From Candidatus Mesolinea sp. (GTDB lineage Bacteria; Chloroflexota; Anaerolineae; Anaerolineales; Anaerolineaceae): a stretch of DNA of 57,117 nucleotides. A program made the position numbers and the translations under genes. Shown piece after piece: positions 29,242-39,679 of the stretch (position 1 is its first letter; each line of letters begins with the position of its first letter). Location of the stretch: assembly GCA_003445715.1 (NCBI GenBank), contig DMCS01000040.1, positions 967-58,083 of the forward strand. The letters run 5' to 3'. Below the pieces are notes generated by a model. The model searched no databases, had not been told where the DNA came from, and saw only the letters and a program-made list of their open reading frames with translations.

Positions 29242-30702
29242 TTATATTGAATTTTGACTTAATTCTTGATAAATTTGTAGGTATTGGAGAGCTGACCTTC
29301 TCCAGCTAAAATCTGCAGACATGGCGTTACGCTGCAACCGATACCAAATTTGTTTATTTTTAAACACATTCAGAGCCGATTCAAGGGCATTTTTGAGTCC
29401 TTCAGCCGATTTTTCTGCGAACAAAAAACCGGTTGCATTTTCTGGAGAGGCATAAAAATCGATAATCGTATTTTTCAGTCCGCCCGTTGCTCGGGCGACT
29501 GGAATATTCCCATAGCGCATAGCAATCATTTGGGAAAGTCCGCAAGGCTCATAAAGAGAGGGCATGAGAAATATATCTCCACTTGCGTATAGCTTATGGG
29601 ATAAGACGTCATCGTACTTCTGTATGCTGATGATTTTGTGCGGATATGCTGCAGCAATATCCCGTGCCCGTTCTTCCAGTTCTTTTGCGCCTGTGCCGAG
29701 GATTACGAGCTGCCAATTCTGATGAGCCAGATCGGGGATTGCATCGAATATCAAACCGATGCCTTTCTGAAAATCTAGCCGGCTCACTACGGTGAACAAG
29801 GGAAGTTCTGGGTTCATTTCCAAGCCTAATTCTCGCTGAAGATCAAGTTTATTTAGCTGTTTGCTATGCAAACGATCGATGGAGTAAGGATGCCCAATGT
29901 ATTCATCTGTTTCCGGGTTCCACTTTTCGAGGTCGATGCCATTTACAATCCCGCTGAGCTTCTCCTGATGCAGCCTTAAGAACCCATCCAACCCGCAGCC
30001 ATAATCAGGGGTCAATATTTCCTCTGCATATCCCGGGGAGACAGTAACAATGCGGTCCGCAGCAGCTAAACCCAGAGGCAATGGCGTTAGGCGTGCCCAA
30101 TCAGGCAGATCTGGATCACGGCAGGGCGTGAAACCTAAATCTGTCATCGCCGCATCAGCACCGAAGCCATTGTAAGGGAGATTGTGGACGGTAAGAATAG
30201 CCTTCGTATGTATAAAAAATGGGTCTGCTTGATACAAGTCTTTGAGTGCATAGACCGCTAAGGCAGAGTGCCAATCATTCGCATGCAAAATATTTATTTG
30301 CCAATCGATGAAGCGCATTGCTTCCAAAAGGGCAACGGAAAACTGAGCATACTTACGTCCATCCAGGGATGCATCCCCATAGTAAACAGGCGAGTTGTGA
30401 TTGATACCATCGCTATCCAATAAATATGTGATGACGCCATCGAGATCAGTAACATAGAGATCGCAAAGCAATTGCCCTGCTTTAGTCTTTATCGGAAATG
30501 AGCCAATTAACCCAACAGGTGGATTCTTTTGTTTTATTACCGCGTGAAACGGGATGATCAAACGGATATCCACTTGTTCTCCGGCAGTGCGCATTATTTC
30601 AGCGGGTAATGCGCCTGCCACATCCCCCAAACCGCCGACTTTGGCTAAAGGCTCTGCTTCGGAACAAGCAAATAGGACGTGTAATTTTTGCGTAGAACTC
30701 AT
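29242..30702 (-). CDS. glgA: Glycogen synthase (ADP-glucose type, GT5)
   Basis: 486 aa. KVGGLGDV motif near the N-terminus. HNL.YNG, SLYEPCGL..M.AMRYG..P. Confidence 0.92.
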   Translation of the reverse strand: MSSTQKLHVLFACSEAEPLAKVGGLGDVAGALPAEIMRTAGEQVDIRLIIPFHAVIKQKNPPVGLIGSFPIKTKAGQLLCDLYVTDLDGVITYLLDSDGINHNSPVYYGDASLDGRKYAQFSVALLEAMRFIDWQINILHANDWHSALAVYALKDLYQADPFFIHTKAILTVHNLPYNGFGADAAMTDLGFTPCRDPDLPDWARLTPLPLGLAAADRIVTVSPGYAEEILTPDYGCGLDGFLRLHQEKLSGIVNGIDLEKWNPETDEYIGHPYSIDRLHSKQLNKLDLQRELGLEMNPELPLFTVVSRLDFQKGIGLIFDAIPDLAHQNWQLVILGTGAKELEERARDIAAAYPHKIISIQKYDDVLSHKLYASGDIFLMPSLYEPCGLSQMIAMRYGNIPVARATGGLKNTIIDFYASPENATGFLFAEKSAEGLKNALESALNVFKNKQIWYRLQRNAMSADFSWRRSALQYLQIYQELSQNSI

Positions 30703-32696
30703 GGCTGCTCTTCTCCTTCTTCAACGAGATAGATATAATCCTTCGTCACCAAGGGCTGGGCGGTTAATCCTAAGGTAACCAGTAATTTCTGCATTAATTT
30801 AACTTTGTGCTGAGCATCTTGGCGGCTCCAAGTGCGGCTTTTAATTTCCACAAATTTTCCCAAATTTGGTTTAATAACCTCATCTAAGTTGACAAAGAAT
30901 TCTGTGTCCTCGAATTTGATTAAAAAGCGGCGGCGATCTTTGAAAATCTCGGTGATTTCTACAGGTTTAAAGTACTCTCGATAGAAGCGTAAGCTCTGTG
31001 TGGCTGGAGCCAGAAAGCGGCTGCGGGAGAGCATAATCTCTTCGCCATTTAAGTGGGATTTTTCCCTAGTTTCTCCAATGAGCGTCAGGCGGGAGCGCAC
31101 ATTGGTAACTTCTCCATTTTTGCCAATAAATTCATCCTCACGGTAGCGTAAGCGGCCTTGGCTTGGATCTGCCTGGCGGAAGTATGTATCATATTCGTGA
31201 TAATGACGCTCGCGGACAATCTCAATATCAGATTGGCGGAGGGCATTGAGCACTGGCTCTAGGTCATCCACACGCACCTTAGCCTGCACCTCGAAGCTCT
31301 CTTCCTGCATGGCACCACCGATTGCGACCAGCTTGGAGAGCACTGATTCCTCGCGGTCTTTTAGGAATAGATCAATTTCCGTTGCAATACCTTGTGCTTC
31401 TGCAATTAAGGCTTGCTCATCAAGAGTGAGGAGCTGCTGGTTGCGCATGAGCCATTGACCATTGACCATCACGTCAGTGATGTCGGTCGATTTGCTGGCA
31501 TAAATAATCTGCGCATAGATATTATCACCATTGCCGCGGAAACGGGGTTGGTTATGCAGTGGTGAAATGTCCATCAAGAGCAAATCTGCCCGTTTGCCTG
31601 GCTCTAAGCTGCCCGTAATCTTGCCGAGATGCAATGCCCGCGCGCCCATACTAGTCGCCATCGCAAGCGCAATTTTCGCTGGCAATGCCGTAGGATCCTC
31701 ACTCACCGCTTTAGAAACTAGGCTTGCGAGCCGAATCTCGTCGATCATATCCAAATCGTTATTTGAAGCCGGACCATCAGTGCCAATACCTACATTGACG
31801 CCGAGCTCGATCATGCGCTGCACCGGTGCAAAGCCGGAAGCGAGCTTAAGATTGGAGGAGGGATTGTGCGCAATCCCCGCGCCAGCATGCTGGAGTGAAC
31901 GAATTTCACCTTCATCCAAGTGTACACAATGAGCAGCGATCAACTTCGTATCCAGCATCCCAAATTTACGAATGTAAGGCACCTCAGGCATGCCCTCTTC
32001 CTCGCGCAGAGCTTCCACCTCAGAAGACACCTCAGCCACATGAAAGTGCACCGGAACATCATACTTTTTAGCCATCTCACTTACCGCCGTAAGGATTTCT
32101 GGGGTGGTAGTGTAAACGGAATGGGGCGCAATGGCAGGAACGATCAGTGGATGCCCTTTCCATTTTTGGATAAGAGCTTCAGCCAACTCCAAAGCCACCT
32201 CGTAAGAGCTCGAATCTGGGGCAGGATATTTCATTACAGTTTGACCGACGACAGCACGTAAGCCAACTTCTGCAGTCGTTTCGGCAATTGCGTCTTCGAA
32301 ATAATACATATCATTGAAGCAGGTTACCCCAGAGCGGATAAATTCGGCACAGGCAAGCTTCGTACCCAGACGTACAAAATCTGGTGATACGAACTCTCGT
32401 TCAACCGGCATTATATAACCCATCAACCATACATCTAAGCGTAAATCATCCGCCAAACCTCGTAGAAGTGTCATTGGGACGTGCGTATGCGCATTGACCA
32501 AGCCTGGCATGAGTACCTTGCCTTGGCAGTCAAGCATTGCCTCGCTTTGGTACGCACCTAAAACCTCGTCTTGGCTGCCAACGGCTATGATGTCTTTCCC
32601 AGAAATGGCGAGGGCACCGGGCTCATAAAGGTTATAAGTTTCATCCATGGTGAGGAGGATAGCGTTATAAAGGATTTGGTCGGCTTGTTTTTTCAT
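30699..32696 (-). CDS. MTA/SAH-deaminase-like amidohydrolase fused to C-terminal CYTH (CyaB-like) domain
   Basis: 665 aa. The N-terminal 440 aa carry amidohydrolase motifs (PGLVNAHTHVPM, HFHVAE, GIGTDGPASNN). The C-terminal 190 aa show a CYTH pattern (FEVQAKVRV, YDTYF, RLRYRE, FVNLDEV..LGKFVEIKS). Confidence 0.8.
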   Translation of the reverse strand: MKKQADQILYNAILLTMDETYNLYEPGALAISGKDIIAVGSQDEVLGAYQSEAMLDCQGKVLMPGLVNAHTHVPMTLLRGLADDLRLDVWLMGYIMPVEREFVSPDFVRLGTKLACAEFIRSGVTCFNDMYYFEDAIAETTAEVGLRAVVGQTVMKYPAPDSSSYEVALELAEALIQKWKGHPLIVPAIAPHSVYTTTPEILTAVSEMAKKYDVPVHFHVAEVSSEVEALREEEGMPEVPYIRKFGMLDTKLIAAHCVHLDEGEIRSLQHAGAGIAHNPSSNLKLASGFAPVQRMIELGVNVGIGTDGPASNNDLDMIDEIRLASLVSKAVSEDPTALPAKIALAMATSMGARALHLGKITGSLEPGKRADLLLMDISPLHNQPRFRGNGDNIYAQIIYASKSTDITDVMVNGQWLMRNQQLLTLDEQALIAEAQGIATEIDLFLKDREESVLSKLVAIGGAMQEESFEVQAKVRVDDLEPVLNALRQSDIEIVRERHYHEYDTYFRQADPSQGRLRYREDEFIGKNGEVTNVRSRLTLIGETREKSHLNGEEIMLSRSRFLAPATQSLRFYREYFKPVEITEIFKDRRRFLIKFEDTEFFVNLDEVIKPNLGKFVEIKSRTWSRQDAQHKVKLMQKLLVTLGLTAQPLVTKDYIYLVEEGEEQP

Positions 32697-32722
32697 AAAC
32701 TCCTTTCCTTTCTTAGTGTTAT

Positions 32723-33880
32723 CTAATTTTCTATCAAATAGCGGCGGAGGTAATCTAAGGCAGAGTTCACTGCCCAGATTTGCCCGTCACCAGGAGGACC
32801 TCCATAGGAGCGCTCACCTTCTTTTATGATTTCTTCGCCCCGCAACACGAGTAGGAGGTCTTGCCTATCACCATTGGAAACCAAGCGGACGCCAAGAGCT
32901 AAGTCAGCTTGTTGCTGTGCCTGGGATTCTTTTAGCAAAGTTTTTAAGGTCTCATTGGAAACATAAGAGTCGATAAACTCTCCATTCGTAAGATCGGGCA
33001 CTTGAGACTTAAGCTTGGTAAGAATTTCTCCCTTGGTGCCAACTTCGATAATCTCTAGGCTAATGTGATGATCTGCAATGAGATTGCCAACCGCTTCTTC
33101 TAAGGTGGTTTCGTTTTCGCCGTAGATATATTTGCCCAATTGCTCGCGAATGCGTTGAAGAACGGGAGCCATCATCTGCTCGGCTTCGGCTAACGAGCTC
33201 GCTTTAGCCGTAACACGGATATCGGTTTGTCCAGGATGCGCTAAGAGCCCTACTGTGGGATTACTAAGTTCTTCCAAATCTCCGATTATCTCGTCGATAT
33301 TGGATTCACCCTTAGAAATTGTATGGATAACCCAGGGTTTAATTACAGTTTCTTGTAAGCCATAGCGCCGTTTGAGGTAATCGCGCACAAAATGTTCAAT
33401 TAGATATTCCATTTCTCGCGGGACGCCCGGTAAAGAAATCACCACTTTCGTGCCAAGTTCAAATGCAAAGGCAGGTGCTGTGCCCACCGGATTGGCAATC
33501 GGAATACTATTGGCTGGAATGTATGCTTGGCGTTTGTTATTTTCGGTCGGCTTTTGGCCGTAATGTTTGTAACGCTCCAATATTTGCTCCCAAAGCTCTT
33601 CATGGTAAACGAGCGGTACATTGAAAGTATTTGCTACAGCCTGGCGGGTAGGATCATCTACTGTTGGCCCCAGTCCGCCAGTCGTGATGACGATGTCGGC
33701 GCGCATTAAGGCTTCTTGCAGCGTGGCAGTGATGCGTTGGACGTTATCGCCAACGGTACTCAGGCGGTACAAATCAACGCCTATATCCCGTAAAAAGCGG
33801 GCAATATATTTAGAGTTGGTATCTTGTATTTCCCCCAAGAGCAGTTCTGTACCAATAGTAACAATTTCCGCAACAGCCAT
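32723..33880 (-). CDS. cinA: CinA-like competence/damage-inducible protein (MoCF-binding domain)
   Basis: 385 aa. N-terminus AEIVTIGTELLLGEIQDTNS..., ...VITTGGLGPT.DD.T matches the CinA N-terminal domain. The C-terminal part looks atypical or short. Confidence 0.8.
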   Translation of the reverse strand: MAVAEIVTIGTELLLGEIQDTNSKYIARFLRDIGVDLYRLSTVGDNVQRITATLQEALMRADIVITTGGLGPTVDDPTRQAVANTFNVPLVYHEELWEQILERYKHYGQKPTENNKRQAYIPANSIPIANPVGTAPAFAFELGTKVVISLPGVPREMEYLIEHFVRDYLKRRYGLQETVIKPWVIHTISKGESNIDEIIGDLEELSNPTVGLLAHPGQTDIRVTAKASSLAEAEQMMAPVLQRIREQLGKYIYGENETTLEEAVGNLIADHHISLEIIEVGTKGEILTKLKSQVPDLTNGEFIDSYVSNETLKTLLKESQAQQQADLALGVRLVSNGDRQDLLLVLRGEEIIKEGERSYGGPPGDGQIWAVNSALDYLRRYLIEN

Positions 33881-34067
33881 AATCTATTTTACTCGGTTCT
33901 TTCCAAAATTTTTACCATTTTATCCCAAAGTGATGATTATTTGCGAAGGCGATAGGTATATTCGATGGGTAATTTGTTGATGCGGTGTATTGCTATGTGT
34001 TACCTTGGGCTTGTCTCAACGTTTAATCTCGGTGCAAGCTCGAGTATACTAAACCCTAGGTAATGAC

Positions 34068-34448
34068 ATGGCACACGGATACCGTAAAACCTTAGGTGAT
34101 TGGGGTGAACAAGCTGCCAGCACTTACTTGGAAAAGCTAGGCTACGAAATCATTGCCCGCAATTTTCACACCCGCCATGGCGAATTAGACCTGATTGCCA
34201 TGAAGGACAAATGCTTATGCTTCATCGAGGTGAAAACGCGTTCAAATCATGCTTATGGGCTTGGGGAAGAGGCAATCACTGCTAAAAAGCTTCAGGCAAT
34301 GTTGGCTAGCATTGCGGTTTATTTGGAAAGTTTGGGCAATGAGGCGCCGATTGAATGGCAAATTGACGCGGTCATTGTAGAAGGCTATAAAGGTGACCCC
34401 GCTCCAATGATTTTGCATTTTGAGAACATTGGCGAGGATGCTTTATGA
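34068..34448 (+). CDS. yraN: YraN-family (UPF0102) endonuclease-like protein
   Basis: 126 aa. G..GE..A..YL...GY.I.ARNF....GE.DLIA......FIEVK.R pattern. Confidence 0.85.
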   Translation: MAHGYRKTLGDWGEQAASTYLEKLGYEIIARNFHTRHGELDLIAMKDKCLCFIEVKTRSNHAYGLGEEAITAKKLQAMLASIAVYLESLGNEAPIEWQIDAVIVEGYKGDPAPMILHFENIGEDAL

Positions 34449-35383
34449 ACGGATTGCAAATGCCTAACTTGTTGGTTTTGGTAGGACCAACTGCTTCTGG
34501 AAAAACGGTGACAGCAATACAATTAGCCGAGGCACTTGATGGGGAGATTATCTCCGCCGATTCGCGCTGTTTGTATCAGGACCTCAACATCGGCACTGCT
34601 AAGCCCACCCCAGAGGAACTTGCCCACGTTCCGCATCACCTCATCAACGTTACCACGCTGGATAAACCCTGGAGTTTAGGTGTATATCAAAAGGCTGCAC
34701 ATCAGCTAATTGAGCAAGTCAATTCACGCGGACATCTGCCAATCTTAGCAGGCGGCACCGGGCAATATATTCGTGCCATCACCGAAAATTGGCAAATCCC
34801 TGCCCAAGCTCCAAACCATCAGTTAAGAGATGCCATCGAGATGTGGGGGAAACGTATTGGCTTCGAAGCGTTGCACCAACGTTTGGCGCGTTTGGATCCG
34901 GAAGCTGCCAAGCTGATTGATTACCGCAATAAAAGGCGCACCATCCGTGCTTTAGAGGTCATATTTACCACAGGGCAGCGTTTTTCGGAACAGCGCAAGA
35001 AGGTTGCCCCTGCATATCATCAGCTCGTCGTTGGCATCACTTTACCACGCGAATTGTTATATGAGCGCATTGACGCCCGCATCGATGGAATGTTTGCTGC
35101 CGGGTTGGTTGATGAAGTGCAAGGACTGGTTGAGCAAGGCTATGCAGAGACGCTCAAGCAAATGGGGATCATTGGATATTGCGAAGTGCTTCAATACTTA
35201 GAAGGACAGTGCTCATTAGAAGAAGCCAAACAGCTCATCCGGCATAATACGCGCGTATTCGTACGCCGGCAAGCTAATTGGTTTAAAGCTAACGACCCAA
35301 AAATTCACTGGTTTAACGCAACAGATCCAGCCATGCTTGCGCATATGCTGGATCTGATTAATGCGACTTTTACAAAAGCTTAG
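34445..35383 (+). CDS. miaA: tRNA dimethylallyltransferase
   Basis: 312 aa. P-loop GPTASGKT, SADS...Y..L.IGTAKP, GGTGQY. 4-nt overlap with yraN. Confidence 0.92.
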   Translation: MNGLQMPNLLVLVGPTASGKTVTAIQLAEALDGEIISADSRCLYQDLNIGTAKPTPEELAHVPHHLINVTTLDKPWSLGVYQKAAHQLIEQVNSRGHLPILAGGTGQYIRAITENWQIPAQAPNHQLRDAIEMWGKRIGFEALHQRLARLDPEAAKLIDYRNKRRTIRALEVIFTTGQRFSEQRKKVAPAYHQLVVGITLPRELLYERIDARIDGMFAAGLVDEVQGLVEQGYAETLKQMGIIGYCEVLQYLEGQCSLEEAKQLIRHNTRVFVRRQANWFKANDPKIHWFNATDPAMLAHMLDLINATFTKA

Positions 35384-37263
35384 GCAGCTGATTCGCCGGG
35401 TGTGAGCCCGATTACAGGCATTGGAATACCAGCATTCTTTGGAACTGGGGGCGGGAATATAGCTTCGAACTCCTCGCGGCTCAGCTGTTCCACTTCCAAA
35501 AGCTTTTCAGCTACTTCAATCAGCTTATCTTTGTATTTTATAAGGATATCTTTCGCCTGTTGGTAAGCTCTATTGACCAGCTCTTGAACTTCCTGATCAA
35601 TCTGCTCAGCAACTGCTTCGGAGTAATCCCTTTGCTCGGAAATTTCCCTACCCAAAAAAACCAGTTCTTCTTTTTCGCCAAATACGAGCGGTCCCAATTT
35701 TTCGCTCATACCTAAGCGGGTCACCATACGGCGTGCAAGCTTAGTTACATTTTCGATGTCATTCGAAGCGCCAGAGGTAATGTCATTGAACATAATCTCT
35801 TCGGCAGCGCGACCACCCAAAAGCGTTACCATATTGGCGAAGATTTTCCTTCGCGAATCTAAAACATGATCTTCGGTAGGTAGCGCTAAAGTATATCCGC
35901 CAGCCATTCCGCGAGAAATAATCGAGACTTTCTGAACCGGGTCTCCTTCAGGTAGCGCATTGGTTACAACCGCATGACCCGCCTCGTGGTAGGCGATGAT
36001 GCGGCGCTCATCTGGGTGAATCAGGCGGCTCTTGCGTTCTGGGCCAGCGATCACTCGCTCGATAGCTTCTTCAAATTCGGCTTGTTCGATAATCTTCTTA
36101 TTGCGGCGGGCTGCCAAGATTGCAGCTTCGTTAACGAGGTTTTCCAAATCAGCGCCGACGAAACCAGGCGTTGCTCGCGCAATGACTTCCAAGTCCACAG
36201 AAGGTGCCAAAGGTTTACCGCGCACGTGCACCTTGAGTATTTCATAACGGCCGCGCATATCCGGTCTATCTAAAATCACGCGTCGGTCGAAGCGCCCTGG
36301 CCGCATTAAAGCAGGGTCGAGAATATCTGGACGGTTGGTAGCTGCCATCACGATAACGTTTGTGTCGGTTTCAAAGCCGTCCATTTCTACAAGCAATTGG
36401 TTCAAGGTTTGCTCGCGTTCGTCATGGCTGCCGCCCAAGCCAGCACCGCGGTGGCGGCCAACGGCATCGATTTCATCCACAAAAACGATGCAAGGGGAGT
36501 GTTTCTTAGCTTGGTCGAAAAGGTCGCGCACCCTGCTGGCGCCCACACCCACAAACATTTCCACAAACTCTGAGCCAGAAATCGAAAAGAAAGGAACACC
36601 AGCTTCACCGGAGACAGCCTTAGCCATCAACGTTTTGCCTGTTCCAGGGGAACCTACGAGCAAGACGCCTTTAGGGATACGCGCGCCTAATGATATAAAT
36701 TTTTGCGGCTCTTTCAAAAATTCAACCACTTCTTGCAGTTCTTCTTTAGCTTCATCTACACCAGCAACATCATCAAAGGTGACGGTAGGGTGCTCACCAG
36801 TCATCATGCGGGCGCGAGACTTGCTGAAAGCCATAGCAGCATTATTCGAGCCTTGCATCTGACGTACGAAGAAAATCAGGATTCCAAACATAAAAACAAG
36901 AGGCAAGATAAAGCCTAAAATGTCTAAAATCCCAATCCAAGCGCTCGGCTTTCTAATCTCAATGCTCAAGCTCTCGTCTTGCAACTTTTCAGGTGTGACT
37001 CCAAGCTGAACCAGTTGGTCAATCAGTCCAGAATTTGTCTCTTTGGTAGATTCTTTTATTTCCAAATTTTTATATGTAATGGTCAAATCGTCACCATTGG
37101 CGACAACTTTTGATACCTTGCCTGCTTCAATATCCGCAGCTAATTGGTTGATCGGGATTGTCCTTACCTCGGCAGCTTGTTGCTGGAAATTAAAAAACAG
37201 CATGGTAATAATTGCCATGAACAATAAAAGGTAAATCACAAATGTTTGGTTACGTGAATTCAC
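35380..37263 (-). CDS. ftsH: ATP-dependent zinc metalloprotease FtsH
   Basis: 627 aa. Walker A GSPGTGKT, Walker B VFVDEID, SRH region, zinc motif HEAGHA. Confidence 0.95.
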   Translation of the reverse strand: MNSRNQTFVIYLLLFMAIITMLFFNFQQQAAEVRTIPINQLAADIEAGKVSKVVANGDDLTITYKNLEIKESTKETNSGLIDQLVQLGVTPEKLQDESLSIEIRKPSAWIGILDILGFILPLVFMFGILIFFVRQMQGSNNAAMAFSKSRARMMTGEHPTVTFDDVAGVDEAKEELQEVVEFLKEPQKFISLGARIPKGVLLVGSPGTGKTLMAKAVSGEAGVPFFSISGSEFVEMFVGVGASRVRDLFDQAKKHSPCIVFVDEIDAVGRHRGAGLGGSHDEREQTLNQLLVEMDGFETDTNVIVMAATNRPDILDPALMRPGRFDRRVILDRPDMRGRYEILKVHVRGKPLAPSVDLEVIARATPGFVGADLENLVNEAAILAARRNKKIIEQAEFEEAIERVIAGPERKSRLIHPDERRIIAYHEAGHAVVTNALPEGDPVQKVSIISRGMAGGYTLALPTEDHVLDSRRKIFANMVTLLGGRAAEEIMFNDITSGASNDIENVTKLARRMVTRLGMSEKLGPLVFGEKEELVFLGREISEQRDYSEAVAEQIDQEVQELVNRAYQQAKDILIKYKDKLIEVAEKLLEVEQLSREEFEAIFPPPVPKNAGIPMPVIGLTPGESAA

Positions 37264-37379
37264 TAAAAACCTCCAATACTGGATACTAAAAAGTATCTTT
37301 AGGCATTTTTATTATATCAGCAGCCCGTTTATACAGATCAATGCGTCTAATCTTCAGGGCAATTTCTAAGAATTCTCTA

Positions 37380-37706
37380 TTAGTTTGAATCAGAACCTGC
37401 CGAGAATATCCCTTTGTGGCAAATTTCACAGCCTACGTTTGGATCTTTAACCTCACTGTGGGATTTTGTGCAGTAAGCGCTCACCTGAACGCGGCGACTA
37501 AAGAGAGATTTTTTGATTTTCCCGCTCAGAACCATATATTGGCAGGCATTATTCGCTAGAATTCCAGGAACGGGGCAGTTCTTACAGAGGACTGGCTCCC
37601 ATTGTTGTTTATCTCCCTCAGGTAATAAACGACATTCTTCGAAGTTCCTGCCACGGTAATAATCCCCATAAAAGAAGCGGCATTCTCTACCATACGGTGT
37701 TTTCAT
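37380..37706 (-). CDS. Cysteine-rich hypothetical protein downstream of efp
   Basis: 108 aa with 8 Cys, including CKNCP and CEIC pairs. Starts 8 nt after the efp stop on the same strand. No recognised family. Confidence 0.5.
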   Translation of the reverse strand: MKTPYGRECRFFYGDYYRGRNFEECRLLPEGDKQQWEPVLCKNCPVPGILANNACQYMVLSGKIKKSLFSRRVQVSAYCTKSHSEVKDPNVGCEICHKGIFSAGSDSN

Positions 37707-37713
37707 ATTTGAG

Positions 37714-38271
37714 CTAAACTCTGGTGATATATTCCCCAGTGCGGGTATCCACGCGGATCACATCACCTTCTTCAACGAAGGAGGGAACCTGGACTTTCAG
37801 GCCGGTTTCGGTGACGATTTGCTTCGTGACGCCGGTGGCTGTATTGCCTCTGGCTGATGGTTCCGCAGTAACAACTTCCAAATCCACGCTAGTGGGCAAC
37901 TCGATATCTAAAGGCTCGTCCCCAAAAAAGGTCAGTTTCACCTCCATATCTCCTTTGAGGAAACCGGCATAATCACCTATCAGCTCAGCGGGGATGGCGG
38001 GTTGTTCGAAGGTGTTCATGTCCATAAAGTAGAAGAAATTATCATCGCGGTAAAGGTATTGCACATTATGGTAATCCAGCTGGATATCTTGCACGCGATC
38101 CCCGGAGATAAAAGTCATTTCAAGCATATTACCCTTGCGCAAGTTGCGCGCTTTCACGCGGATGGTGGCTGTCCCCCGGCCAGGTTTATTGTGCGTATAG
38201 TCTAAGACTTTATAAAGCTCACCATCCAGCTGAAAGGTAACGCCTTTGCGCAATTCATTTACATCAATCAT
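37714..38271 (-). CDS. efp: Elongation factor P
   Basis: 185 aa with three-domain EF-P pattern. The loop sequence is KPGRGTA, with Arg32 at the position of the usually modified Lys. Confidence 0.95.
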   Translation of the reverse strand: MIDVNELRKGVTFQLDGELYKVLDYTHNKPGRGTATIRVKARNLRKGNMLEMTFISGDRVQDIQLDYHNVQYLYRDDNFFYFMDMNTFEQPAIPAELIGDYAGFLKGDMEVKLTFFGDEPLDIELPTSVDLEVVTAEPSARGNTATGVTKQIVTETGLKVQVPSFVEEGDVIRVDTRTGEYITRV

Positions 38272-38435
38272 ATAGTAAACCTCTCACAAAATTTTCTGTT
38301 AACGGGCAGATTATAAATCAGGCAAAGGGCAATGACAAGCCCGATAAAAATGTAACGAATGCTCGTTTAGTGGGTTTATAATATCAGAAAAGTAAAGTCC
38401 ATACCACGTTAATATATCCTTAGGAAAGAGAAATT

Positions 38436-39563
38436 ATGATCACTATTGTTCCAGTCAATAGCAAAAAACTACAAAAGCAATTTGTCGAATTCCAATACCA
38501 GCTCTACGAGAACTGCCCACAATTTACCCCACCGATAAAAAGTGATATTTACGCAATGATGAATCCTAAAAAGCATCCCTATTATGAGCATTCGGATGCC
38601 GATTTTTTTCTAGCACTGGATGGAGATAAAGTTGTTGGCCGTATTGCAGCCTTGCAAAACAAACCCTTTAACGCTTACCATCACACCAAGGATGCCGAAT
38701 TTTATCTGTTCGACTGCATTGATAGCCAAGAAGTTGCAAATGCACTCTTTGACCGGGTTGCGGAATGGGCGAAAGCCCGCGGAATGAACCGATTAGTGGG
38801 TCCTAAAGGCTTTGGCCCGCTGGATGGCTATGGCATTCAAATCGAGGGCTTTGAACACCACCAGATGATGAACATGATGAATTACAACTATCCTTACTAC
38901 CGCGATTTGGTGGAAAATTATGGCTTTGTCAAAGAGGTTGACTTTGTATCCAGTTATGTCAATCCACAGAATCTCGAGGTACCAGAAAAGGTGGCTAAGG
39001 CGGTAAGCATAGCCAAAAAACGCAACACACTGACAATCAAGAATTTTAAGAATAAAGCCGAAATCCGCAAATGGGCACCCAAGATTCGGGAAGCCTATAA
39101 CGGTGCTTTCGTCAATAACTGGGAATACTATCCTCTCACTGAGCGGGAGATTAACTTTGTGGTGGATAATGCCATCATTTTGGTAATTCCTGAACTTCTG
39201 CAACTGGTGCTCAAAGGCGATAAGGTGGTTGGATTTGTGCTGCCCTTTCCGGATGTCTCCGAAGCATTTAAGAAGAATAAGGGTAAATTAGGGCCGATTG
39301 AAATCTTGCGCATCCTGCGGGAAATCAATAAGACTAATTGGATCGACTTTAATGGCATCGGCATTTTGCCAGAAGCGCAAGGTTTTGGCGGTAACGCACT
39401 CATATATGACATTCTCATTCGATCGGTTAGAGATAATCCACGTTATCAGCATGCCGAGCTGACCCAGGTGGCAGAGACAGCGGAGCAGATGCGTAAAGAT
39501 TTGCTTAACCTCGGCTGCACGTTTTACAAGAACCACCGGGTGTATAAAAAAGCGCTCGCGTAA
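38436..39563 (+). CDS. GNAT-like N-acetyltransferase family protein (putative)
   Basis: 375 aa. Resembles a family of long GNAT-fold hypothetical proteins (C-terminal GILPE.QG.G.N). Assigned from memory only. Confidence 0.55.
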   Translation: MITIVPVNSKKLQKQFVEFQYQLYENCPQFTPPIKSDIYAMMNPKKHPYYEHSDADFFLALDGDKVVGRIAALQNKPFNAYHHTKDAEFYLFDCIDSQEVANALFDRVAEWAKARGMNRLVGPKGFGPLDGYGIQIEGFEHHQMMNMMNYNYPYYRDLVENYGFVKEVDFVSSYVNPQNLEVPEKVAKAVSIAKKRNTLTIKNFKNKAEIRKWAPKIREAYNGAFVNNWEYYPLTEREINFVVDNAIILVIPELLQLVLKGDKVVGFVLPFPDVSEAFKKNKGKLGPIEILRILREINKTNWIDFNGIGILPEAQGFGGNALIYDILIRSVRDNPRYQHAELTQVAETAEQMRKDLLNLGCTFYKNHRVYKKALA

Positions 39564-39583
39564 AATCAAAGCAAAACGCAATT

Positions 39584-39616
39584 AACAGCAGGCTTTATCA
39601 GAGTCTGCTGTTTTTT
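39584..39616 (+). terminator. Rho-independent terminator after the GNAT-like gene
   Basis: Stem AACAGCAG (39584-39591) / CTGCTGTT (39605-39612), 13-nt loop, T-run to 39616. Confidence 0.55.
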
Positions 39617-39679
39617 ATAGATGCACCCCAGGTATAATTGAAGAAAAACTCGTCTAGTTGGTAAAGGAGGGACAAGGCA

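Noticed and set aside
27667-30702. malQ-glgA (with ppgK nearby) as an unusual glycogen locus
   Set aside because: This is ordinary glycogen-metabolism linkage. The absence of glgB/glgC/glgP from the window is not informative, because they can be encoded elsewhere.
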